Assembly: GCA_965197585.1 (NCBI GenBank) | Contig: OZ240215.1 | Span: forward strand, 576,001 to 640,000 | Length of the DNA: 64,000 bases | Direction of reading: 5' to 3' | Source: Dehalococcoidia bacterium | Lineage (GTDB): Bacteria; Chloroflexota; Dehalococcoidia; Plut-88900 | Translations under genes and position numbers: made by a program | Part shown: positions 18,344-27,922 of the stretch, piece after piece | Layout: each line of letters begins with the position of its first letter | Numbering within the stretch: the stretch's first letter is position 1 | Notes under the pieces: model-generated | What the model was told of the DNA's origin: nothing | What the model saw: the letters and a program-made list of their open reading frames with translations, nothing else | The model's database searches: none

Positions 18344-19315
18344 CTAGGCGCAGAGGGGGTCGCCGGGACTCCAGCGGTTGTAGACGGGAGTCGGGCCCTT
18401 GGCCAGGACTTCGCCGGCACGTTCCCAGAGAGTTGCCCACTCGTCGGGGTCGGACAACACCGACTCGGGGTTGGCCTTACTTCGGGCGACGAAACCCGGG
18501 AACCAGGGCCGACCCGTGGCCTGGCCCGTGGGGTTGTACCGGAGATCGAAGCTCCAACGAATGTCATTGCTGCGGTTGGGAAGCGAGCAGTGCATGGTCA
18601 GCTTGTGCATGAACAGAAGGTCGCCGGGCTTGAGGGGCACGGGTATCGCGTCCCCGCCGAGGCGCTCCTCAAGGATATGCACATGCTTCACGTTGGGTTT
18701 GGGAGGGCAGTGAGGCACGAGCCCCGCCCTGTGGCTTCCCGGCACTACCGCCATGCAACCGTTCTCCTCCGTGGCTTCTACTACCGGCAGCCAGACGGTT
18801 AGGATATCCGACTCATCGGCATTGGGGATTATGACGCCCTGGTCCTGGTGCCATGCCGTGTACCCGACCGACGAGTCGCTAAGCATGTCTTCCGGCAGGG
18901 CAGTCTCGGGTGGCTTGATACGGACGTGTTGAACGGGGTTGCAATATATCTCCGGGCCGATGAACTGCTCGACGGCATCCAGCATGCGAGGACTTCTGAG
19001 TAAGTTGAATACTGCGGGGCCCGAGTGGACGGGCATACGCTCTTCGACGTCGGTCTGGGTGAAGGAGATGTCGACGTATGGGTAGTAGTTGCCACGGGTG
19101 GCAATGGCTATCTGGACGAGACGTTTGTTGAATGGCATCCCCTCGAATGCGTCGGAGATCGTGCCCCTTTCGAGCCACATGCGAGAGAGATGGTCGAGCA
19201 GCTCTTCGTACTCTGTGAATACGGGGGCGAGGTCAACCTCGGGGTCAAGCACGTCCCGGGCCACGAGATAGCCCTGCTCCTGGAACTTTTCCATGTCGAA
19301 GACTTGCTGAGTCAT
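18344..19315 (-). CDS. Phytanoyl-CoA dioxygenase family (Fe/2-oxoglutarate) protein
   Basis: WHQD...H...RWSFDLRY; ENGCMAVVPGSH. Confidence 0.9.
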   Translation of the reverse strand: MTQQVFDMEKFQEQGYLVARDVLDPEVDLAPVFTEYEELLDHLSRMWLERGTISDAFEGMPFNKRLVQIAIATRGNYYPYVDISFTQTDVEERMPVHSGPAVFNLLRSPRMLDAVEQFIGPEIYCNPVQHVRIKPPETALPEDMLSDSSVGYTAWHQDQGVIIPNADESDILTVWLPVVEATEENGCMAVVPGSHRAGLVPHCPPKPNVKHVHILEERLGGDAIPVPLKPGDLLFMHKLTMHCSLPNRSNDIRWSFDLRYNPTGQATGRPWFPGFVARSKANPESVLSDPDEWATLWERAGEVLAKGPTPVYNRWSPGDPLCA

Positions 19316-19400
19316 CCGAGTGCCCCCTTTTAGGGTCAATGCAAGCGAACCTTGGGATAGGGTAAATCCGCGACTCGAGGGCCGTCAACCGAAAGGGCTG

Positions 19401-20957
19401 CTAGTGGCGCAGGGCCCGACCCGGCAACGCCCCCGTGTGCTCTCCCCGATCGATGACGAGCTTGCCATTGACGACAACGTAGTAGATGCCTATGGGCAGC
19501 TGCTCCGGCTCATCGAAGGTGGCCGTGGCCTGAACGGTGTCGGGGTTGAAGACCACGATGTCGGCTTTCATACCGTTTCGCAGGATCCCCCTGTCCGAAA
19601 GCCCGAGCCTCTGGGCCGGGATAGATGTCATTTTTCGCACCGCTTCTTCGAGGGAGACCACGCCCTCGTCCCGGGCCAGTTGACCAAGCAGGTAGGGGAA
19701 GGTGCCGTAGGTGCGGGGGTTGGGTTTGTTGCCGGTGAGCAGGCCATCGCTCCCGACCATGTGCGCGGGATGCTGGAGGATGGTGCGTATGTTGTCCGGG
19801 TTGCCGGTGCGGGCCACGAAGGCGACATCCAGGTTTTCCTCTATCAGCAGGTCGCAAACGGTGTCGACTATGGACTTGTCCCAGGCCCGAGCCATGTCTT
19901 CCAGGGACCGGCCTTCCCACTCCTTGTTCTTGTCGGAGCCGATCTGGCTGAAAACGTAATCGCTCATGTCGCCGCCCCATTGAGGGTTGACGCTGTCGGC
20001 GATCTGTTCGCGGACACCGGGATCGTTGATTCGGGCCATGAAGCTGGAAGGCCCGCCGGCGTGGACCCATGCCGGGACCAGGGAGAGGAGCAGGGTGCTG
20101 GCGGCGGGATAGGGGTACTGGTCGAATGTGACGTCCACGCCCCGGTTGCGGCCCTCGTCTATGAGACCGATCATTCGCTCGCCCATGCCGTCCAGGGGGC
20201 TGTGGAAGTGGGAAATCTGGACCGAGACCCCAGCCTCCGCGCCGATGTCTATCGCCTCACGGAACGGGTCCAGGAGACCGTCGCCGCGGTGATAGCGGCA
20301 GTGGGTGATGTACGTGCCGCCGTATGCCCGGAGGCTTTTGCAGATTTCCGTCAGCTCATGCGTGTCGCTGTAGGTTCCGGGGACGTAGGTCAGGCCGGTG
20401 GAGAAACCGAATGCGCCATCCCTCATCCCTTGCTCGACGAGAGATTTCATGTGGACAAGCTCGTCGTCAGAAGGGAGGCGCTGCTCCCAACCCATCGCCT
20501 CGACCCGTACCGCGGCGTGGGGCACGAAGTAGACGACGTTGCAGGCTGCCCTCTCGTCAAATAGGTCGAGGAACTCTTTTACGGAGCCCCAACGGATGTC
20601 GGGCGGGGGCTTGCCGTTGACAGCGGCCAGGTACCAGAGGAGCTGCTCAAGTTTTTCAGGAGAAGACGGGGCGTAGGACAGGCCATCCTGTCCCAGGGCG
20701 TCCGTAGTGACTCCCTGCGCGAGCTTGGCCTCGTGCCTGGGGTTATTCAGGAGAGCGAGGTCCGAGTGGGAGTGCATGTCGATGAAGCCGGGACTGACGA
20801 CACAGCCCGTGGCGTCGATGGTGCGCGCGGCCTGAACTCCCGACGCCTCCCCCCGGATGACGGTCACCGTGTCCCCGGTCACGCCCACGTCGGCGCGGAA
20901 CCAGGTCTGTCCCGTGCCGTCAATGACTCGGCCGCCGGAAATCAGTAGGTCAAACAT
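19401..20957 (-). CDS. N-acyl-D-amino acid deacylase (D-aminoacylase) family
   Basis: PGFIDMHSHSD, QGVTT, STGLTYVPG, DQYPY, GSDG, PRTYGTFP. Confidence 0.92.
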   Translation of the reverse strand: MFDLLISGGRVIDGTGQTWFRADVGVTGDTVTVIRGEASGVQAARTIDATGCVVSPGFIDMHSHSDLALLNNPRHEAKLAQGVTTDALGQDGLSYAPSSPEKLEQLLWYLAAVNGKPPPDIRWGSVKEFLDLFDERAACNVVYFVPHAAVRVEAMGWEQRLPSDDELVHMKSLVEQGMRDGAFGFSTGLTYVPGTYSDTHELTEICKSLRAYGGTYITHCRYHRGDGLLDPFREAIDIGAEAGVSVQISHFHSPLDGMGERMIGLIDEGRNRGVDVTFDQYPYPAASTLLLSLVPAWVHAGGPSSFMARINDPGVREQIADSVNPQWGGDMSDYVFSQIGSDKNKEWEGRSLEDMARAWDKSIVDTVCDLLIEENLDVAFVARTGNPDNIRTILQHPAHMVGSDGLLTGNKPNPRTYGTFPYLLGQLARDEGVVSLEEAVRKMTSIPAQRLGLSDRGILRNGMKADIVVFNPDTVQATATFDEPEQLPIGIYYVVVNGKLVIDRGEHTGALPGRALRH

Positions 20958-21004
20958 TTGTATTTACACCATGCGGTTAGGTAAAAACGTGCGCTTCCCC
21001 TAGC

Positions 21005-22018
21005 TTAATTGTCCAAATCAACCACGTCGTACAGGTAGTCGCCCAGGAAGCCGAGCAGGCCATTGACTGCCAGGTACGGTGTATTGCCGGTCGGGTCGAG
21101 GGGTGGGGCCACCTCGCACAGGTCCAGCGCTTTGATGCAGTCGTACTCACTCAGTATCGCCATTGCTTCCAGGAAGTCCCTTGCCTCGATTCCCTCGAAG
21201 ACCGGCACTCCGGTCCCGGGCGCATGGGATGCGTCTACGACGTCGATGTCCACGCTGACGTAGACTGCGTCCGTTCCGTCCGCCGCTGCCTCTATCGCCT
21301 GCCGAAGCATGTGTTCCATCCCGTTAGTCCGAACGTCCTTCGCGGTTGACATCTTAAGCTGCTGCGTCTTGTACATCTTGTAGATGTCGGCGTCCATAAC
21401 ACTGCCGTTCAGCCCGACCCAGCTCATGTTTTTGTAGGACACCACGGAGTTTTCGCTGATCCTCCGAGCGCACGTTCCGTGGTTGTACCGTCCCAGATCC
21501 CCGTACCCGTCCCGGAAGTCCGTGTGGCTGTCTATGTGCACGTACCCCAACTTGGGTTTCTCACCTCTTTCCATCAGCCCCCGCGCAAACCCCTCGAAAC
21601 CCGGGTATGCCAGGTAGTGGTCGCCACCCAGCAGGATCGGGACCCCTCCCAGCTTCACGATGTCGGACATCCCCTCGATCACTGATTCCGTAGTCTGCAT
21701 GATGTCCTGTGGGTTAACGTGGAAGTCACCCAAGTCGCCCAGGTTAATCTGGGGCTTCAGGCGCCGGGCGATGTGCGTGTCCACGTTCACCGAGGTCTTT
21801 TCGGAGGCAACGTCCTGGAGACCCCTGTACATAAGGGACGCCTCACGGATGCTCCTCGGGCCGAACCGGGCCCCGGCCCTCGGGAACAGGATGCCGTTGT
21901 CGATTGGCGCTCCCACCACCACCGCCATCCCGTCTTTCACGTCCTCCAACCCTATATGCGGAGCGTTGTAGAAGGTCGGTATCCCGACGTACGTGGTTAA
22001 AAATCCAATATCCTTCAC
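21005..22018 (-). CDS. Ureohydrolase (agmatinase/arginase family), copy 2
   Basis: GGDH, DSHTD, SVDIDVVD, PGTG, EVAP. GTG start at 22018 follows AGGAG and matches the N-terminus of the paralogue. Confidence 0.9.
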   Translation of the reverse strand: MKDIGFLTTYVGIPTFYNAPHIGLEDVKDGMAVVVGAPIDNGILFPRAGARFGPRSIREASLMYRGLQDVASEKTSVNVDTHIARRLKPQINLGDLGDFHVNPQDIMQTTESVIEGMSDIVKLGGVPILLGGDHYLAYPGFEGFARGLMERGEKPKLGYVHIDSHTDFRDGYGDLGRYNHGTCARRISENSVVSYKNMSWVGLNGSVMDADIYKMYKTQQLKMSTAKDVRTNGMEHMLRQAIEAAADGTDAVYVSVDIDVVDASHAPGTGVPVFEGIEARDFLEAMAILSEYDCIKALDLCEVAPPLDPTGNTPYLAVNGLLGFLGDYLYDVVDLDN

Positions 22019-22076
22019 GGCATATCTCCTAGTTCTTGTCGAGACCGGGCCCCGACCACTACGGTCATATCTCTGC

Positions 22077-23090
22077 CTAGCTGTCCAGGTCCACCACGTC
22101 GAACAGGTAATTGCCCAGGAACCCGACGAGGGCACTGGCCGCCAGGTAGGCTGTCCTGCCGTTCGAGTCTATAGGCGGGGACACCTCGCAAAGGTCAATC
22201 GCCTTCACGCATTCGTACTCGCTCAATATCGACATCGCTTCAAGCAGGTCAGTCGCCTGAATGCCTTCGAAAACCGGCGCCCCTGTCCCGGGCGCCTGGG
22301 ATGCGTCCACGACGTCGATGTCCACGCTCACGTAAACCGCGTCCGTTCCGTCTGCCGCTTCCTCTATAGCCTTCCGAAGCACGTGCTCCATCCCATGCGT
22401 ACGGACGTCATTGGCCGTCGACATTTTCAGCTCTTGCTTCTTGTACATCCGGTAGATGTCGGCGTCCATTATCGTCCCGTTCAGCCCCACCCAGCTCATG
22501 TTCTTGTAGGACACCACGGAGTTCTCGCTGATCCTACGGGCGCAGGTGCCGTGGTTGTACCGTCCCAGATCGCCGTACCTGTCCCGGAAGTCCGTGTGGG
22601 TGTCTATGTGCACGTATCCGAGTTTCGGATTCTCACCCCGCTCCATCAGGCCCCTGGCAAACCCCTCGAAACCCGGGTATGCGAGGTAGTGGTCGCCACC
22701 CAGCAGGACCGGCACCCCACCCAGCTTCACTATGTCGGCGATACCCTCAATCACCGATTCCGTGGTCTTCATGATATCCTGCGGGTTAACGTGGAAGTCA
22801 CCCAGGTCACCGATGTTAATCTCCGGCTTCAACCGCCGGGCGATGTGCGTGTCCACGTTCACCGAGGTCTTTTCGGAGGCCACGTCCTGAAGTCCTCTGT
22901 ACATAAGAGAGGCTTCCCGGATGCTCCTCGGCCCGAACCGGGTCCCGGGCCTCATGAACAGGATTCCCATGTCTATGGGCGCCCCTGCGACTACCGCCAT
23001 GCCTTCCTTCACGTCATCCAGATTAATTTGCGGAGCATTGTAGAAAGTCGGGATTCCTACATAGTCGGTTATGAAACTGACATCTTTCAT
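22077..23090 (-). CDS. Ureohydrolase (agmatinase/arginase family), copy 1
   Basis: GGDH, DTHTD, SVDIDVVD, PGTG, EVSP. Confidence 0.92.
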   Translation of the reverse strand: MKDVSFITDYVGIPTFYNAPQINLDDVKEGMAVVAGAPIDMGILFMRPGTRFGPRSIREASLMYRGLQDVASEKTSVNVDTHIARRLKPEINIGDLGDFHVNPQDIMKTTESVIEGIADIVKLGGVPVLLGGDHYLAYPGFEGFARGLMERGENPKLGYVHIDTHTDFRDRYGDLGRYNHGTCARRISENSVVSYKNMSWVGLNGTIMDADIYRMYKKQELKMSTANDVRTHGMEHVLRKAIEEAADGTDAVYVSVDIDVVDASQAPGTGAPVFEGIQATDLLEAMSILSEYECVKAIDLCEVSPPIDSNGRTAYLAASALVGFLGNYLFDVVDLDS

Positions 23091-23105
23091 TCCCAGTCTC
23101 CCCTT

Positions 23106-24311
23106 TTATTCATCCTGCTTGAACAGATAGTAGTTGTATTCATGCTTCCCCACCAGTACCTCCCCCTCTTCAAAGCGCGCCAACCGGAAGGGCCGGATGT
23201 CGACACTCGAAGCTTTCCCATCCACGATCAGCTCCGACATACACTTCCCTACCGCCGGCCCGATCTTGAATCCCGTGCCGCTCATCCCAACTGCCAGGTA
23301 CAGGCCTTCAATCCCCGGCGCCTTGTCCAGAATCAGGTGCCCGTCCGGCGTGTTCCCATCCACCCCGCTCCAGGACCTCACCCATGCAGCATCTTCCATC
23401 GCCGGTATCCGGGCGGCGATCCTGCGGCTGGTCCGCAGGGACCATCTCATGTCGGGCTCCGCATCATAGTTGTCGGGATCAAGGTTTTCGGGGGACTCAT
23501 GCCTGTCGACGACACTGCTGAACCCGAGCAGGGTAAGCTCTCCGGGCTCGGGCCTGAAGTAGATGCCGTTGGCTGCGTCGATGCACGCCGGGTGACTCCC
23601 GTGCAGAACGGGCGGCCTCTTAAGCACCCCCACCGACAACAGCATACCGTTGATTGGCAGGTCGAGTCCCACCCCCGCACCTAACTCCTTCGACCACGCC
23701 CCTCCCGCCAGGACAACGGTGTCCGTGAAAATCGTTCGCTTGCTAGTCTCCACACCCGTCACCCGGCCCCCCTCCTCGACTATCCTCAACACTTCCTCTC
23801 CCTGCGACACCTCCGCCCCGAGCTCCTGTGCCCGCCGCACGAAACCCGTCGCCGCCGAGTGGGGGTCTCCGTAGCCGCTGTCGGGCTCGTAGGCCGCTGC
23901 GCCGACGTCACCCACGTACCATTCGGGAAGCAGCTCCTGAAGGGCGTCGGGGTCCAGGGCGTAGGTGTTTATCCCGGCCTCTTCCTGAAGGATATCCACG
24001 TTGGCCTGTAGCTTCTCCTTCTCCTTTTCCCCGACGATGAACACAAACCCCGAGTTGACGAAACCGCTCTCCCCGCCGATCAGGTCTCCCCAGTTCGAGT
24101 ACACATCCCCCCCCATCTTCGCCATCGCCGAGTCCCAGGGGTTGGTGTAGTGCATCCGTATAACCGCAGTGGCCTTCCCCGTCGCCCCGCCCGCGATCGA
24201 CCCCTTGTCCACGAGCGTAACCCCCACCCCCTTCTCCGAGAGGTAGTGTGTAATGCTGCTGCCCACAATCCCCGCCCCGATGACCACCGCCTCCGCCGAA
24301 TTTTTCTCCAT
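23106..24311 (-). CDS. FAD-dependent oxidoreductase, DAO/sarcosine oxidase beta-like
   Basis: IGAGIVG, DSGYGDP, YFRPE, TPDG, GMSGTGFKIGP. Confidence 0.9.
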   Translation of the reverse strand: MEKNSAEAVVIGAGIVGSSITHYLSEKGVGVTLVDKGSIAGGATGKATAVIRMHYTNPWDSAMAKMGGDVYSNWGDLIGGESGFVNSGFVFIVGEKEKEKLQANVDILQEEAGINTYALDPDALQELLPEWYVGDVGAAAYEPDSGYGDPHSAATGFVRRAQELGAEVSQGEEVLRIVEEGGRVTGVETSKRTIFTDTVVLAGGAWSKELGAGVGLDLPINGMLLSVGVLKRPPVLHGSHPACIDAANGIYFRPEPGELTLLGFSSVVDRHESPENLDPDNYDAEPDMRWSLRTSRRIAARIPAMEDAAWVRSWSGVDGNTPDGHLILDKAPGIEGLYLAVGMSGTGFKIGPAVGKCMSELIVDGKASSVDIRPFRLARFEEGEVLVGKHEYNYYLFKQDE

Positions 24312-24430
24312 TAAGACTGCCCTTTAGAAAACGGGTTCAACTGAAACTCCCGACGAATCTAGCCATCCGGCCATATCATGTCAACCCGCCCGGCCTGCTA
24401 CATCTCTCCCTATGAGCCCTTTGCATAACC

Positions 24431-25173
24431 GTCATCCCGGCCCCCGAGAGCCGGTCGAAGATGTTGTAAGCGGAACGTCCGCCTCGGGAGGATGCGCCTG
24501 TGGCGTGCGCCGAGGCGTGAATCCATCCCCAGGATGGGGCCGCTCACCCTGAGCATGCTGTAAGTCCGCTGAGGCGGATCGAAGGGTCGAGCGTGGGTAG
24601 GCTCCGCACTACCGGCCCGTCGCGCCAGCCCCGACTCTCAGCCGAGCCCCTTCTCCCCTGTCATTCCGAGGCTCCGCGAGGAATCTAGGACTTACCCTCT
24701 CACGCACTTCCTAGCCTCCCTTCCCCTCCCCCTTTCATTCCGGTCCCCGACACGGGAATCCATCCCCGTGAGGGGCCGCTCACCCTGAGCGTCGTCGAAG
24801 GGTCGAGCGTGGGGGCGGCCCACGTTGTCAATCCGTCGTGGTCGTCCCCCCAAAAGTGACACGAACCCCTTGACCAAAGCAAAACACTTGTACTATATTC
24901 TCCCTTAAATGGCCAATCACTCACCCTAACTACCAAGGAGGAACCAAAAACCCAGGGAAGCCCACCCGACCCACCCGAGGACTCAACGCCTCAGCCCATC
25001 CCAACGGCCCTCGCGCAGGCCCGCGGCACAAGCGAACGTCGCCATCTCCTCATCCCATCGGGTCCCGTGCCCCTTCCCTGACACCCAGGCGATGGAAAGA
25101 CGCCCTGGCTTTCTACTCCCACCCCTCTCCTGTCACCCCCACCCCGTCATTCCCGAGTAGTCGGGAATCCAGG
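24431..25173. repeat. Cluster of nested REP-like palindromic repeats
   Basis: GTCATYCC...GGAATC units near 24431, 24660, 24734 and 25146; longer direct repeat at 24519-24597 and 24756-24813. Confidence 0.75.
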
Positions 25174-25732
25174 GACGGAGTGCACAGGGAGATTACAACA
25201 AGGGTGAAAGGAGATGTACTCGCGGACCGTTCGACCCCCATAGAGAACCGTCTCGAAGTTCGGACCGCAATGCAAGAGTTAGCGCGCTACGGCGTGGGGG
25301 TGCCGGAGGATTTGCTCCGTATCGCTCCGGCAAACTGAAAAATCATTAGTTAGGCTGTGGGGCCACAGCTGGATTCCCTGGCCCCGTCGTGCCCATAGCG
25401 GCATACAGCCCAAAAATGGAGCCTCTGACGGACATCCTGCCCTGGATCGGTCCGTGCATATAATCGAGCAAAGGGCACGGCCGGCTGTAAGTCCCTCCCT
25501 CTCAGGCGGGACCTGCTCTCCAGGTCCCCCGACAGCCGGAACACCCGCAAAGAGAGCTGGTAAAGCCACTTAGAGGGCAAGAGCGCGTCTTCCATCGCCA
25601 ACCCGCCACACAAACAAACGACCTTAAACACCAACTCACAACCGAATATCCCGGCGGCATAGCTAGCCCATCCCCCCCCCGCTTCCCAAAGGTCTATAAT
25701 GCCCCCAGACCTCACCTCCGCACCATGAAACC

Positions 25733-26995
25733 TTGCAACTAACCGCCAACCGATTCCTCCCGGCCCTCGCCCACCGAGACTTTAGGCATCTTTGGTTTGC
25801 CGCCCTCAGCGCCGACGCCGGTGCCTGGGCCGTAATCGTCGCCCGAGGCTGGCTCGCCTACGACCTCGCCGAGAACAATTCCAGTGCCTCCGCCGGCCTG
25901 GTCATTTTCGCCGCCATGATCCCCTACGTTCTCGTCCCCGTCTTCGCAGGTTTTATGGCCGACCGAATGGTACGCCGTGACCTTTTGGCCTGGGCGATGG
26001 GGTTCCAGATACTCATTCACGTTGGCACAGCCCTCCTGGTGCTGCTCGGCTTTGTCCAGATTTGGCATCTGGTGGTGATAGCCTTCGTCACCGGAAGCGC
26101 TATGGCTACCCAGGTTGCAGGTCTTGAGTCACTGACTGCCAACCTCGTTCCGAGGAGAAACCTTGTAAACGCCTACGCGCTGATCAACGCAGCCTTTCAT
26201 GGGACTCGTGCCCTGGGCCCGGGCGCCATCGCTCCGGTATTGGCCTTGCTCGATATCGGATGGGCCTTTGCAATGGCCTCAGCCGCCTACGCCCTTGCCA
26301 TTTTCCTCGTCTTGCGTATCGAAACCCGTTCTACCGGCGTCATCGAATCCGCCCGCGGCCACCTGCGGAACCTGGTTGAGGGTTTCATCTATGCCTACCG
26401 ACACCCGGTACTGGTCCGCGTCTTCGCCCTGGTTATCTTCCACTGCGCCCTAGTAATGTCCTTCGAGTCCCTTCTCCCTGTCATCTCCGAGACGAAGCTT
26501 GGGGCTGACGCCTTCGGCGTCAGCATGATGAACGTGACCGTTGGAGTCGGTGCGCTTCTGATTTCTTTGGTAATAGCGCCGCTCTCAACGCCCCACAGAA
26601 GGGGCAGGCTCCTTCTCATCAATGGGATCGTGAGTGGCCTCAGCCCTCTTGGGCTTGCGTTCGCCCCGACCCTTCCGCTCGCCATGTTGGCCACCGCCTT
26701 TATGGGCGCTTCTCAAGCGGGCTTCATGATCCTGTCGTCAATACTTATCCAGTCTGTCGTCCCGGACGGCATTCGAGGACGAGTCACCAGCATTTACATC
26801 CTCCACGCCGCCGGAATCATGTCCTTCGCAAACTTTGGCAATGGAGCGCTCGGGGACGGGTTCGGGCCCGAGTGGGTGTTGTCGGTGGCGGCCGGCGGCT
26901 TCCTGGCCTTCATAGCCATCACTACTATCGAAAGAAGGACCAGGGGGATTTACGTCCGGGGTGTCGCGGTGGAGGCTATTGCCCCAACTGCCTAA
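25733..26995 (+). CDS. MFS transporter (H+ antiporter / EntS-like)
   Basis: ALAHRDFRHLW, G.MADR..RR motif A, about 12 hydrophobic segments, VPDGIRGRV. TTG start is uncertain. Confidence 0.9.
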   Translation: MQLTANRFLPALAHRDFRHLWFAALSADAGAWAVIVARGWLAYDLAENNSSASAGLVIFAAMIPYVLVPVFAGFMADRMVRRDLLAWAMGFQILIHVGTALLVLLGFVQIWHLVVIAFVTGSAMATQVAGLESLTANLVPRRNLVNAYALINAAFHGTRALGPGAIAPVLALLDIGWAFAMASAAYALAIFLVLRIETRSTGVIESARGHLRNLVEGFIYAYRHPVLVRVFALVIFHCALVMSFESLLPVISETKLGADAFGVSMMNVTVGVGALLISLVIAPLSTPHRRGRLLLINGIVSGLSPLGLAFAPTLPLAMLATAFMGASQAGFMILSSILIQSVVPDGIRGRVTSIYILHAAGIMSFANFGNGALGDGFGPEWVLSVAAGGFLAFIAITTIERRTRGIYVRGVAVEAIAPTA

Positions 26996-27061
26996 ACCTC
27001 TCCCATCGAGGGAGAGGGCTAGGGCCGTAGGCTCGCTGAGGAGAGTGAGGGTGTATCCCCG

Positions 27062-27922
27062 TTAGAGGGGAATGGACATCAGCTCGTCGGAGAAGACCAC
27101 TTCTCCCGGAAACACTGCCTGCACGTCCGCCTCCGCCTTGCCCCTTGCCTCGCTCCCCGAAAGCCCGGGCCCCATGTGCACAAGCACCAGCCTGCGAACC
27201 TCCGCATCCCGTGCCATCTTCGCTGCTCCCGTAGTACCGCACTGGCCTACATGCTCGCCGTTTTCGTCCATCACGTCCTGATCGTCCCAGCACATGCACA
27301 ACAGGGTGTCGGCGCCCGAGGCCAGCTCCGTCACCGAATCGCAGGGCTGCGTATCTCCCGTAATGACGATGCTTCCCGATTCCGTCTCCAGCCGATAAGC
27401 CAGGGAGTCGAGCCACGGTTGCACGTGCTCCGCCGGTGCGGCAACGACTTCCCAGTCAGTCCCCGAGCACACCTTTCCCGGCCCCACGTCCCGCGCCTCG
27501 ACTTCCGGGGGCCTTCTTGGCAGAGTGCCGCCCCGGTTCACGTAGACTCGTTGGCTTACCGGGTGGTTTACCCGAGCCTTCCAATCGTGAGCAAAGGCCC
27601 CCGACTCACCTATCAGCTTCTCGGTTATCGACTCCATAAGCGTCGGCCCGAAGACCTTGAGCCGGTTTTCCCGGCCTGCGCCCTGGTCCCAACGGCAGAG
27701 AAGGAAACAGGGGTAGTCGACGTCATGGTCGAAGTGGTGATGCGTGAAGAATAGGTGGTCTATCTGGGTCGGCCACAGACCGGCTTTCACCAGCTTATGT
27801 GTGGCCGCTGGCCCACAGTCGAACATCAGGTGCTGACCGTTGAGCTCGACGACGTACGACGATCCGAAGCGGGCGGGCGTGGGTGTCGGCGTCCCTGCCC
27901 CGAGCACTACTATCCTGCTCAT
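27062..27922 (-). CDS. MBL-fold hydrolase, RNase Z/ElaC/AtsA-like
   Basis: LGAGTP, FDCG, THHHFDH (HxHxDH), TGDT, LVLVH. Confidence 0.88.
   Translation of the reverse strand: MSRIVVLGAGTPTPTPARFGSSYVVELNGQHLMFDCGPAATHKLVKAGLWPTQIDHLFFTHHHFDHDVDYPCFLLCRWDQGAGRENRLKVFGPTLMESITEKLIGESGAFAHDWKARVNHPVSQRVYVNRGGTLPRRPPEVEARDVGPGKVCSGTDWEVVAAPAEHVQPWLDSLAYRLETESGSIVITGDTQPCDSVTELASGADTLLCMCWDDQDVMDENGEHVGQCGTTGAAKMARDAEVRRLVLVHMGPGLSGSEARGKAEADVQAVFPGEVVFSDELMSIPL

Noticed and set aside
21993-23684. 563-aa plus-strand ORF (and similar long ORFs at 19320-20564, 29609-30757, 40489-41412, 58893-59876)
   Set aside because: Antisense shadows of well-supported genes, expected in high-GC coding DNA; no recognisable motifs.
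24431-25173. Repeat cluster as a CRISPR array
   Set aside because: Repeats are heterogeneous, nested and irregularly spaced; no cas genes.
25479-25580. Resemblance to an HDV-like ribozyme or glycine riboswitch (GGCCGGC...GTCCC; CTCTCAGG)
   Set aside because: The required pairing order and conserved junction nucleotides could not be fitted; kept only as an unassigned candidate RNA.
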